Assembly (NCBI GenBank): GCA_030141605.1
Contig: JAQGDQ010002378.1
Location: 1-64,000, forward strand
Length of the DNA: 64,000 bases
Reading direction: 5' to 3'
Source: Tubiluchus corallicola
Lineage: Eukaryota; Animalia; Priapulida
Shown here piece after piece: positions 1 to 12,700 of the stretch. Below the pieces are notes generated by a model that ran no database searches, was not told the DNA's origin, and was given only the letters and a program-made list of their open reading frames with translations. The translations under genes and the position numbers were made by a program. Position 1 is the stretch's first letter, and each line of letters opens with the position of its first letter.

Positions 1-481
1 CACACACACACATGAAGCCTTATACTTACAACAATAATAACATCAATGACTAATGAATGAAGAATGAGACAATGAAAAATTTTCATCCAATCAGAATTTG
101 AACCCAACAATGGACTGAAACATAGTGTATTTTAAATTCTTTTTCATGTAAGTAGAGCTCCTGCCAAAAGTTAAAAAGTAGACTGTCTTCAGCTTTTGTT
201 AATTGATTTCTACACATAACTGTACATATCCCATAATTCAATGGGGAGTGTGATGTATTAGCAACTTAATAGACCAAATTTGAAGTTAAATAAGTAAAAC
301 AGGACTTTATAGCAAACAAATAAACAAACATACACAAACACACTTCATAGAAATAGAGATTAATTGCAGATTTGTACAATTTGCAGCAATTTTATAGTAT
401 GTATAATAACATGAAAGCTAATGAAAAGTGCAAAACGAATGACACACGACAAACCAAATAAAAAATTATCAACATGCACAC

Positions 482-3400
482 CTGGACACAGAATCTTGAA
501 GACACACAATCATTTGTTGTATAACAGGAGCATACTCCACATCAACAATAGGTAAATCTCCAACAAGTACCTGTATTATAAAAAACATTCACATAAGATT
601 CTACAGTGTATTAAAGTTCGGACCAAAATACTTTTTACAAAGAAGAATTTAGATGACTTGACTGTTGCAAGAATGTTGATATTTTGTCGCACTGCTTTTG
701 AGAGTAATGAAGCATTCATACTAACAAATTTTCTCGCCAAGTAACTCGCAAGCACGTTCAGACTAAAGAACAAAATTCTCCAACATGAAGTAAGCACCAG
801 CTGATACTCCTCCTCTATTCACTGGGAGCCGTGTCAAGAGTAACTCGCTGAGACTGTTCACACTAAACAGGAAATCATTTCGTAGCAACTGTCTGAAAGT
901 GTGCAATGACTTGTCGATAGTAACTCGCAAAGCAGTTCACACTTGCAAGTTTGGTGTTAGAGAAAAACTCCCAACAGAAAACTCGCTAGTCTGAATGCAC
1001 CCTTAGTTTTATCATAGCGGCATTGTCTCGTATCTTTAATCTGTGGATTTCTAAATTTAATGCACAGAATGTCAGGTTAGTAATTGTGATAGTTGTTTGC
1101 TAAACTTCAACTAGTCCTATTGTAGGAGTGCTATGCAATCTAGAATCACCGAAAAGAGTGATATGATATATTTTACTATATTATGTAACAGTGCGTGTGT
1201 GTGGGTGTGTGTGTGCGCGTGCGTGCATGCACGTGTGTGTAACAGCCAGTAAAAAGAAACATTAAAGTAACAGCAAGTGCTTCACTGCCACCATTACTGT
1301 AACCCCCCACCCCCCCCCACCCCCGTCCCACCTTTGAATAGTTTCCATGTTCCTCTCATGCTGTCTCCCCTCTTCAGGCAAATTCGAAAACTGAATAGGA
1401 TTAATTAAAACACCAAAAAATTGTCATAAAAGGCAAGAAAGCCCTTTACTTACATAAAGCTAGAAAATGTGTCTTTTCTATTTACATGAGTATTGCAGGC
1501 AAGAAAGCGTAATACTAAGTAATACAAGTAAGATAATACTAAGTAATATGCCTTCAAAAAAGTCTGTGCAAAGATGCAATTTAGCTATTGGCCAAAAAAA
1601 AACAGCCCATATGATACATTTGAAAAACATGGCCAGCACACACAGTTAAAACAAGTAACGCCGGAAATTTCCTAAAATACATAAATATACCAAGGCGTCA
1701 GAATGTCTTCCAAACTGTCAACCACCTACCTGCTAAAAGCTTCAATGATAAAATTACTTACAACAAAAACCCAGGCAAACTTGTTTTACAGGTCATTCAA
1801 AACAGTAGGTACCTTTAAAAGATCTTTAACATTTTCCTTGTTAACACTAATAGTTGGATTAGCAGGAAAATCTAGCAGAATAAAATTGTCCTCTTTTTTT
1901 CTGGCAACAAGTGGTCCACTTAGCGTATCAAATGTAATCTCTGTAAATTCGTTACCTGTAATAATTTACATAGCTGTAGATATATTCACTAGCTGCCTTT
2001 TAATTTCAGACCCCCCTATCATAATGATTATCAATTTCACAAATATTTAGAGCCTAATCGTAGCATTAGTGGATTAGCAATACAATCAAATATTGCAATG
2101 CCTAATTGTAATTTCATTATTGGAATAGAATATGGTTTAGAATATGGTTAACAGGCACTATTTTCCTTTTCCAATTTTTTAAAGTGCAGATGAAAAGAAG
2201 GGAAAGCTGACAGTCTCCTAAGAAAATGCCAAATATGATGAGAACTGAAAACAGCGGAATGCTTTAAGTCCTAAAATGCAAAAAAGGCACACAATCTAAA
2301 AAAACAATAGAAGAAAAAAAGCAAAACTGCATGGAAGCTTATTTGAAGTAAACGCATTAGCACACAAATAAATTCACAGTGAATTCGTTTGGTATTAGGT
2401 TGGCAAATAAAAACTCCCTGATTTTCAAGACAACGTGAAAAATACTTAAGGGATCGACATAGAAGCCAGAGCCATACCGCTTCAGCTCAGCTCCAGTCGG
2501 TTTATTTCTACAGGCGACCTAGCAGATAAGAAACCCAGCTTTAGTCGTGCCAGCCGCTCGGTGACGGAAGTCGAGGTAGCTGACATTTTTGCCAGCTGTG
2601 AAGATTTTTGCTCTTGCGAACAAGTCACTGGCATAGCAGTGTCCAGTTTTTTTGCTAGATTACTGCTGTGTTTACCTGTTTTGAGGGCAGATTTCTTTTA
2701 TTTTAGAGTTCTGCCTGCCCAATGTCTACAATTGACATAACGGGCTTATGATGATGATGAAATCACTGGTCGCAATGCGGTCATATTGTACGTGTGCTGG
2801 CAGAGATACTAAACTTCAGAAATATTTGAATGAGAAAGCAGTCAATTCAAAATTAAATAAAATGCACAAATAGGCAACATTAGCCACACGTATTGGATCA
2901 TTTTGGTATTTTAGTATTGATTTGTTGGTAATCCAGATAAGCCTTGCCAAGGGTTGGATTTAAATTATATTTGCAATAAATCCATTGCTAGAGTTGCCAG
3001 ATTATAAGCCAGGAGATTTTTTTTAACATTGTGAGTACATAAAATATGAGAGATATAGAGAGATATATGGCATATAAAGGGGTGTGCTGTCGAATCACTT
3101 AAGCCAGTTCACAAATAAAACTATTCAAACTAACGCTAAATTGTTGCTGCAGGACATAAGAATCAAAATCTGTCATTCTTAATGGTGAACTCCAGCTGGC
3201 TGATTTACTGTGAGTGTCAGCTGATGTAGTAGCACTGACTCAGGTTCAGCTTCTAGATTTACATTTCTGTCCTGCTTAGCAAACTTACCAACACAAGAGA
3301 AAAGCACCGTGGCAGCAGCAAGAGTGGCATGACCACACAGTTGGATTTCACAGGCAGGGGTAAACCATCGCAGGCCAAACCGGGAAGAATTCTTGAACGA

Positions 3401-4399
3401 ATCGTTTTCTGTTGGCAGTGCAATGAAACAGGTTTCCGACAAGTTCATTTCGAAAGCAATTTTTTGCATTTTTGCATCGTCGATTACCTAAAATAGAATA
3501 ACCGAATGACTATATACATCACAATGTCTACAGCCATTTAATAATATAACCCAAGAAATGCAGATTACACCACAATTCAACTAATAAAAACAACACAGCC
3601 TTCGGACTGTTTGGAATAGATTTTGAACATATAACATATCTCCTGTTTTGTACAGTTCAAATAATACTCAGAATATCTATTCGAATTGCAGAAAGAAACT
3701 ACAAAGCCTCCGTAGAAACGGAAACAACAACAACAACAACAACAAAATGCATTTTCTGCATTGATACTCATTGTAATTGTCACTTAAAATTATACTAAAT
3801 CTTCATGAAAAACACCTACTATTATAATAGATCCAAATACAAACATAACTTAAAGGCACAGTCACCATTATCCTGACATTATTATGACTGATGTTATAAG
3901 TTTAATTGATTACAAATTGATTTCAGCTGTGACTAAATGGACACTTTTGTTTTCAACTAACTTGTTAAATTTGTTTCAATATTTCTAAAAATAAACCAGT
4001 GATTTTTATTATGCAAGCCTGCGATTTAAATATTATAATATAATGATTTATTTATTGTAACACAGTTAATTCATTGAGTTAATCACATAAATAAATAACA
4101 AAAACATTATCAGTTAGTAGTTAAAAACTCATATCTTTACATAAATAAGAGTGCGATTAAGACACATACATTGACTGAGTTTGTGCTACAGGACCACAAG
4201 TTATTTGCAGTGAAGAACAGTGCAATAAAAATAGCTGAAAACAAATTAAGACGAAAAGTTTGTTAATGACAGATCATCATTAATTTACCTGATTGTGTGA
4301 CACTAGACATACAGCAGCAGCATTTCCAGCAAATGCCTGGCTTGTGAAAGCATCCACCACATATAAAGGCAAAGTGCATCCCTTATTTAAACTTGTCAT
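482..4399 (-). CDS. PBLD: PBLD / PhzF-family protein, copy 1 (exons 1-4 only; 3' exons lie left of the window)
   Basis: Exons 4399-4289 (MTSLNKGCTLPLYVVDAFTSQAFAGNAAAVCLVSHNQ), 3487-3289 (..EMNLSETCF..LRWFTPACEIQLCGHATLAAA..), 1955-1813 (..FDTLSGPL..LDFPANP..) and 570-482. All have AG/GT boundaries with consistent phases. VDAF-GN, NLSET and LCGHAT are PhzF/PBLD motifs. Confidence 0.9.
730..1002. mobile_element. Probable PIF/Harbinger-type MITE fragment in PBLD intron 3 (also near 15120-15391 and 30090-30362)
   Basis: Terminus reads (rc) taa|GGGTGCATTCAGACTAGCGAG, with internal repeats of gttcacact/gttcagact. The other end could not be identified. Confidence 0.35.
2460..2925. repeat. ~470-bp interspersed repeat present in PBLD intron 2 and intron 5
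   Basis: Homologous blocks at 2460-2925, 11685-12164, 16847-17312, 26637-27117 and 32071-32533, all in the same orientation. Confidence 0.8.
2989..3193. mobile_element. Left end of hAT-like non-autonomous element (TAGAGTTGCCAGAT terminus); also at 17376, 32597 and 47711
   Basis: The same terminal sequence occurs four times; its inverted copy ATCTGGCAACTCTA is at 49520-49533. Confidence 0.6.
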
Positions 4400-4559
4400 C
4401 TTGGTCTGTTGAGTAGAAACTAATGGCAAATATGCAGCTACAAATTTTGAATATAGTATGATGTCTGTATCAAATTGCCTAATGTACATGTTAGATCATA
4501 AATCTGTACCAAAAACCTAAATACGTCAGCCTAGTTGACAGCCTCTTGGTTTTTTGTCG

Positions 4560-5010
4560 TTTCAAGAGCTTTATGCAATACCATAGGAAGAGGAGGTAAT
4601 CTTACTGTTAGTGTGTGCCCAATCCAAAGCAATTTTCTTACTTGTATTTGTCTACTACCAGGAATCTTCTTGACTGCATTATACAGATCATCATTGGATA
4701 TTCTATCAGGCGATTTAATTGCGAGTAATTTCCTATAGAGACGTCTTCGAAAAGCATCAACTGTCCTTCTGTTGCTTAACTTTTATTGTCCATAGCTCAG
4801 CAGTGTACAAAAACACAGATTCAACTAAAGTTGAAAGAATCCGGACTCTGGTTTCAAGAGAAAGTCTATTGTTATCAAAAATCATTGAGATATGTGAATA
4901 AGCAGACAATTTAAGAATTTTCCTTCTTTGTATGTGGGCATCGGTGTCTTACAAGTTACCAAGTTATTTACATCTTTTCCACGAATCATTACCGCATCTT
5001 CAATTTCAAT
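4560..5010 (-). mobile_element. Degenerate RTE-clade LINE reverse-transcriptase fragment (paralogues ~18950-19400 and ~37095-37560)
   Basis: Aligns by eye to 37095-37560, whose minus-strand translation (KTEEYHIRRGG..W..CKYFGGLLDTEADIQRRK) matches the RTE ORF at 37681-38778. Confidence 0.6.
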
Positions 5011-5414
5011 TTTGTTCTATTGCACAAATACAATAGCGTATCATGGCAAAAAATTACAATTGCAAAAAAGTCAAAGTACAAGAAACACGAAAAACAACAA
5101 ATACAGATGCAATTATGCAACATTGCAAAACCACGAGTTTGTACAACTTACTTAAATCTAATAAGAAATTATGTGCTCTTATGAAATAAAACTTTATGCT
5201 ACAACTACAAAGTAGTAGTAAAAACACAAAACCTAAATAATTAATATAATCACAAACGAGATTAAATTACACAATCACAGCACAAGGTTTATCCAGCACT
5301 CACAGATTACCACCAAGATATAACTGCCTTTTTTATCACATTCATTTAAGCAGTTTCCAAAGTGAATAAGGTCTTCTGGGTTTGCAATTAGAAAAAAACC
5401 ACATTACTGAGTAT

Positions 5415-5960
5415 ATGTTACCTTTTTGCAAAGATATATTTATGCTCATATTTTTGTCTAATATCTTTATACAAAAGACAAGTAAAAAGGTAATATAATT
5501 TGTTTTCTACTAATTTTGAGCTATTGTTGTGACAGTATTGACAAAGCCTTTCACGCCCTTTTTTATTTTGATATCTAAATCATTCTATTTCCAGGTCATA
5601 TTCGCTGTTACGTAATTTCGTAATCATTTGTCGCTGTTTCTCATTAGAAATAATTTTGAAATAATCTTCTAATTCATTACTGATTTTTACATATCTATAA
5701 AATCTTAGTTTGTTTTTGCCATCACTGTGTCTAGGATCATTATGTAGCTTTGTAAAAAATAGTTTTCTGTACATTGATTTAAGTTTATTACAAAATTCTT
5801 TTAATATGCAATTCAGATGCATTTTATCAATTTCATCTACACCACATGTTTGAAATCCTGGAAAATTTGCCCAATTTGTATAAAGCTGTTTCACTTCTTC
5901 ATGAGACTGGTAACTATACACATTTTTAAATAATGTATTCCTTGACTTTATCTGTGTCAT
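5415..5960 (-). mobile_element. LINE ORF2 C-terminal fragment (RTEX-like, Cys-rich terminal domain); paralogue 19805-20348
   Basis: KLRFYRYVK..LEDYF..QRQMITKL.NSEYDLEIE.FRY..ERLCQYC..VENKLYYLFTCLLYKDIR resembles the conserved KLRTY..E.YL..R..KFR.S.H.L.IE.GR..R.C..C..EDE.H...C..Y..LR LINE terminus. Confidence 0.7.
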
Positions 5961-6145
5961 TAAAAGATATTTAGGAAGAATTGTTGATGTTTAAATTAGC
6001 AGTGGGTATAACGTATTCTTTGGTCTTTGTATTGTTCACTTTAAGATTATATTTTTCTATACGATGAGTGTTGTACATTTTACATCTTGCAGTTCCTCAA
6101 CTTCCTCTATGTCATGTCGCTGCAGTTGCGGTTCTCCAGTAAGCA

Positions 6146-7020
6146 CATGTTGTTTCGTTGTTTCCTCGGTGTTAACTCTATCTGGTTAGATAGGCACAAA
6201 GGAATATTATCGCGCAAGACACAAGTAACGTAATCAGCATTGATGTTAATCAACCATTTATGACTGTTACTATTTTGGCTAAATTCCCAGCACGACACCT
6301 CTTCTTTTTCTTGTTTCCATTGCTATTTGAACAAATTCCACCTACTGCTTTGCTATTTGTGCATCTTCTGACTCAATCAGACTTTGGAAATTTACTTCTG
6401 TAGTTGGTAGCACATTTCTTATAACCGTCTGAATAGATCCTCTGTCTTTACCACATAGCGGACACCATATATCTCCTTTAAACTTACTTCTATAATTACA
6501 TTTTAGTGGTAGCATATTAAGCTTTATCTCTAAAACCCTTTTTGTCTGTTCTAGTGTTAACTCAGTTATATACTGCTTGGGTTTATCATGCTCAGCTCAT
6601 AAGATAAGAACCTTAACTTAGTTCTTGAGTATATCTGGTGATGTGCAGTAATTTTAATAATTTTTTTACGTTTTCTTTTACACGTTTCTTCCAGGCTGAC
6701 TTTTTAAGAGTCTTTATATGTACAAACTGTATACCTACAGCATATACTTATGTACAATGTTCTATTAGCATACCCCTATAACTAGTTGACACCTTCTGTG
6801 ATAATACTAGTTTTTGTAACATATCCTTCTGAATTTCTTCCATCCTACCCATTTCTACTTTTGTTACTTCACTCCATGTTTCTGTATTATAAATCACTGG
6901 TATCATAACTGACTGTAAGAGGTTCAGCCTTATCTGTATTGCAAACCTACCAATTTTGTTTATATCACTCAAATTTAAAATATCCCTCACGATGCATCCC
7001 ACTTTTTCACACATCCCACA
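6146..7020 (-). mobile_element. Degenerate non-LTR retrotransposon fragment (post-RT thumb region); paralogue ~20533-21410
   Basis: IRLNLLQSVMIPVIYNTETWSEVTKVEMGRMEEIQKDMLQKL..STSYRGMLIE is the LLY..ETW..LE.IQ motif. The segment is absent from the homologous site near 39775. Confidence 0.65.
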
Positions 7021-9737
7021 ACGGGATATCTTCAACAGGAAAACCGATCGTTTGGCAACGCGTTGACAGCGTATTTACGACGACTCTCATATCAGACACC
7101 ACACACCACAAAAGTATTAACAATGTTAATTTTTTTAACGATAAATTGCTGTGATTGTTCATTTATTAATTTTAGCAAGACTTAAATAATTGCTTGCATA
7201 GTAGGTGAGCATTTCTCTTATTTGTCAATAAGCAGCCTAATACGAAAAAACTTTACCATAAATATGTATTATGCACATAAACAGACACCTAAAATGAGAT
7301 TAAATAAAGTAGAATGTTAACAAACTACCACTTCTTCTGTAAAAAAACAAAACAAATTGCATGACTGTATAACAAAAATCACAACAAATTACGGAAAAAT
7401 AACATCAGCTAACAACAAAAAGAGGCTGTGATTAAGTAAAGTGCATGAAGGAAACAGTGAAAGTGCATTTGATAAGTCACATCAAATGAGACAGCAACAA
7501 GATTTATCAACTTTTTGACTTTTTCCAATTTTTATTTATTATACAATGAGTAGCATCACCTGCACTTAGTATGATATCTTATGAGTTCACTTGTTCATTT
7601 CTATACATTGTGGTACTCTGTCAACTGGTAATAGTAAATCATTTTATCGTACAGTTATTGTAAGCTATTATATAGAAAACTCCCACATGTAGCTGTTCTT
7701 ACTGTTGAGACAGACCTCATGCAACAATTTAAGTGTTCTTAGAGATTGTGTACATGCGAGTTTGATGTGACAAGAGAAACAAGCAAGATTCTAGCATATT
7801 ACTGGCTGCATATTGTTTGCAAATTAAAGTTTTTATTAAATAAAATATGCAGTAATATAACTTTTGATCACTGACTTCCAGAAATCTTAAGTGTGTGGCA
7901 ATGAGCTATTCTGATAAATTGATATTGCTTCATGATATCTAACATATACAACATTAGAATTGTACTATAAAATGCCCCCTTATTCTTGCCAGGAATTTAA
8001 ACATATAAGGAACTGCATTTTCTGCTTTGAGTTCATTTATTGTAACACAGAAACATAGTTAAAGTTTAAATAAACAAGAATAATCTCATTAAAGAAACGA
8101 AAATAATTTCATTTTAATTATTCAATCCACGATTTATACAGCTATAAATATGACTGTAATCAAAAAGTATAGCTTAGTGCATCTGTAACTTGGTAATCTG
8201 CTTTAAGCAGAAACCTGTTAACTTATTTCCTATCCTGTTTCATCCTGTTTACAAAAAATATAATTTCATCTTAATGTGGACTTGGTCCACGATTTATAAA
8301 GCCACAAAAATTACTGTAATCAAATAACACAGCAGTAACTTGATAATCCACTTTAAGCAGAAACGTATTAACTCATTTGGCACAATTAACAAAATAATGC
8401 TGTATTTTCATTCAAATATAGAAACTGCATGGCGCATATAACCACCATTATTATAGTCCTAAGCCGCTTTAAGCGAGAACAAGATAATTTATTTGGCACA
8501 ATTGATAAAATATTACTCAATCCTCTACCCTAATAAAGGAACAATGTGGCACATTTAAATTCTAAAATATAAAACCTACAATAATTAACTTCAGAAATGG
8601 GCAAAAAAGGCAAGGTCAACTTTGGTCCATAAGTAAAACTTCCCAAATGCATAACAATAGTGGTGTAGTTCTAGCTGGTATATAGAGAAAAGATAGTGTA
8701 TATCAACAACAACAAAAACGTCCATCCCACTTAGTGCATAGAACATAAAATAATATTTCTATTAAAACTGCACATAATCCTTTGACTAAAATTGTAAAAT
8801 TATTATAGGGAACAACACTATTTCAGAATTCCACTCAGTCCATTACATGCTAAAAGCTTATTTTAATTTTCCCTTAAAAGGAGCATTTCTAAATAAAAAC
8901 ATAAAAATGATAAAATAATCACTGATCATAAGAGAACATTATACACCATTCTATTTTCCCTTAAAGGAACTCTTTTTTATATTAACTACACACTGCTACA
9001 GTCTACCTTCGTTCTATTTTCTAGCACTTACCTGACATGAAAATGATAAACAGGGTTGCTTTTTATATGAAATTTATTCGAATATACGATAATTTGATGC
9101 TTCATACCATACAAAAAAACAGACTGTATGATAACAGATAATTACAGGATAATTTAGATATGAAAATACATTACTGCTTACCGTGGAAATGTAAATAAAT
9201 TTTGATTTTGTTGTAGTTCAAACCATGCTGGTTGCAAATTAGTGGTAACAGTTTTCAGAAAACAGCAGTAATTTCAAAAGAGAGTAGTTTAACAAACGGT
9301 AAAAATTAAAGAATAAATTTTATATTACGAAATTTTTTATCAGTCATAGGATCTGTGGAATGGTTTACCTCAAAGGGAAGCAGTTACAGTTAATCAGTTT
9401 AAAGGGGCCATTCATAGTTGTCAAATGGCCATGATGACAACGATCAGGCTTCGTTCTGCACATGCAGGAATTAGCAACATTCTATTGTGTTTTGATAAAC
9501 TTAATTTTACACTTGCTAATGGTACTTTTTGGTGTTATGGTTACTTATTAAATGCATAATTATACAATGATAATAATAATTTGCTGCAAATACACAGTAA
9601 TTTTGAATTTTGCATGAAAATGCGATAATATGGTGGAAAATACTATAATTTTTAGCCTCCAAAACAATAATCTTTATCAACCAGAATGGCAACACTGTGA
9701 TAAAGCAATCAGATTAAGTACGATTCCATGATTTAGA

Positions 9738-12700
9738 CTACAAATGGATCTTTCCTTCTATAATGACTACAGACTTGCCTCCAATCTCGACTCTTTTGTC
9801 TTCTCGTACATTCACGTAGACATCTCCTCCTCTTTTTGAGCACTGACGAGCTACAAAAACGCACAAAGCACATGACAAAATAACAACTTTGCAACTTTAC
9901 TTTGGTATTGTTCATAAGAAACAAAGAGATGATTTCAACAAGCGAAATAAAAATCAATGATGCACCCACCTATTCATTCATTCATTCATTCAATCAATCA
10001 TTACATTCATTCACGGAAATTTATTAGGCCTATATATTTACTTACTTGTTTATGTTTTATATTTATTTGCAAATGAGGCAATATGGTGATATGAAACTGC
10101 ACATGAAACTGAATTTAGATCAATAAATGAACCTCCAAAGCAAAATTATAATGTCATGCAAGTGAAACAGCTTCAGCACCTAAATTCAGCCCGAAAATCA
10201 ACTTGTGCAAGTCACAATTAATAACATATTTGTTTTGGTATACATTTATCAAAAGTAAAATACATGCAAAAACCAAAAGCCCTAAAATCACGTAGAATTG
10301 TGTACAAGAATAATAATCCCTTTACAGATCATTTTTATATATCTACCAAGAATGTTTAGAACATATATATATAGGTCCATCGTCTGGAAAATAAGTAAGA
10401 GAGTGTGCATATGCATTAAAACCTACAAAACTATCAAATCTTTAAACTTTTTGCTGAAAATTGTCTTAAAATCTCTAAATCTCTTGTTTTTTAATTACTA
10501 ACAAAAATTATTTTTCATTGTATTAATTATTTATACTAAAACTACATTGCTGTATAAAAATTTTTATACGAATAAAAGATTATTATTAATAATAATACAA
10601 ATGTGCAAAAACAGCAAATTTCAAATGATGCAGAACTCACAGTCGAAGACATATATGTACATAGCAGATGTGCTATGTAGCCAAGGAAATAAGGTCAAAC
10701 TCAGTTCACACATATTCCTGGAGCTGTGCTGGGCCCTGCTAGCTGTCTAAACGTACTAGACTAAGCGATAATACACTTCGCCAGAGTTTAAATGGAGTGC
10801 TAGATATTAATGATAAATATGTATGTCAAATAGGCATAAGCCAGTTCAAAAAATAGACATAATAGTACATCATGGAGGCGGTAAAAGGGTTAAGCAAGAT
10901 ACTGTTCCGGTAACATATGCTGCACAAGTCTATGTGATATGGTATTGCAGGGCAGTAATTATACTTTGTGACTGGCCACTAAAAATATATATTGTTCAAA
11001 ATAACAATTATATTTTCTAGCATTCTGTAATTTTTTGTGAAAAATTGTGTCAATTAAGATACAGTTATTTACAATGGCTGGAAATTTTCATTTTTTAACC
11101 TTTCGAGGACTTTACACACATTGAATTACAGTGTGCTGCACAATATTAAGTAAATCGAACCTATATCGCTCTTTGTCAGCATGGTAATAATCTTGCACAG
11201 AATTTAAATTGAGATCTACTGACATACTGAAAAACACACAAAATCAGATCATAAACGAATAAGCATCATAAGTTAAATTACAATAAACGTCATAAAGCAC
11301 CAAATTATCCTACCTTGAAAAGTTGATTTTCCCAGCACTTTTTGCCAGTAACAACCAAATACAGTGTGAGCCGACCCTAACATAGTCAGAAATTAGTTGA
11401 AGATTACTGGCATCAAACATTGCAAACTTTAAACATGCAAACATAATGAATTAAGATAGGCTTTTCATGTTTTTGAAAAAAACATTTCATGTTTTTGAAA
11501 ATCAGGCCTACAATGTATACTTTATTCACTGGAACTATTACCACATTAGTCCTTCTGCACTAGAACAGAAAAACCATAAAACTGGCAACTCCTTCAGTGA
11601 CATAGTGATTTTCAGTCAGACTTAAGACAGAAAATGTAAGACTAAAACAGAACAAAACTAAAACTAATCTTCATCTTAAAACTAGAGGCCAGAGCCATGT
11701 CGTTTCAGCTGAACTCCAGGCAATTCACTTCTACAGTCGACCTAGCCGATAAGAAACGCAGCTTTAGTCGCGCCAGCTGCTCAGAGATGGAAGTGGAGCC
11801 AGCCGACATTTTTGCCAGCTGCGAAGATTTTAGCTCTTGCGAACAAGCCACTGCCATAGCAGTGTCTAGTTTTTGCTGGATTACTGCTGTGTTTACCTGT
11901 CTTGAGGGTAGATTTCTTTTATTTTAGAGTTCTGCCTACGCAATGTCTACAACTGACATAACGGGCATGTGATGATGACGAAATCACTGGGTGAAATATG
12001 GCAAATGCAGTATGGATTCGTGGTCATACTGTGTGCGTGTGCTGGCAGAGATACTAACTTTGAAAAATTTTTTAATGAGAAAGCAGTCAATTCAAAATTA
12101 AACACACAAATATGCAACGTTAGACACACGTGTGGGATCATTTTAGTGTTTTGGTATTGATTTGGGCACCCTTGCAGTTTAGGTGGTTCTCTTCACACCC
12201 TACAACTTTCCTGTATCAGTCCCACTGCCGATACTCTATCTGTTTTCCACTCCAAACCTTGCCTGTGTCTTTCGCCCCGGTTACAAAAGAACACCAGTAG
12301 ATACGCCACTTACTGGCAAACATAGACACTGCAAAATGGAGCACATCGAGAACATTCCCCAGAAGCTCTTTTTAACTTTTTACTCAGCTAGCTAATTTAC
12401 TGTGTGAGTCAGCTGGTGTGGTAGCAACTGACGGTTGAATAATAAACATAATTTCTTTTGTTTAGCTTTACTTTAAAGCAAAGATAATTATAATTAATTC
12501 ATATATTTAAATAGTATGTCCATTCATTCTTACATAAACAATGCACATTGTTTACCACAAACTGGATCTTCAAGCAGTCCATCCCAGGGAAAAAAACAGC
12601 GGGAATAAAAGTCGTAGCCGGAGTCGGCCGGAGCTTTAACCGTCAAGTGGACACCGTGCAGTTTCATCTGGGACGTGTTAGCTGCAGGAAGAGCAAAACT

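Noticed and set aside
576-797. 73-aa minus-strand ORF repeated in all three units
   Set aside because: Intronic, alternative start codon, overlaps a MITE fragment, and does not fit the PBLD exon chain, which is complete without it.
1703-2050. 115-aa plus-strand ORF (also 16090 and 31314)
   Set aside because: Antisense shadow of PBLD exon 3; its recurrence is explained by the segmental duplication.
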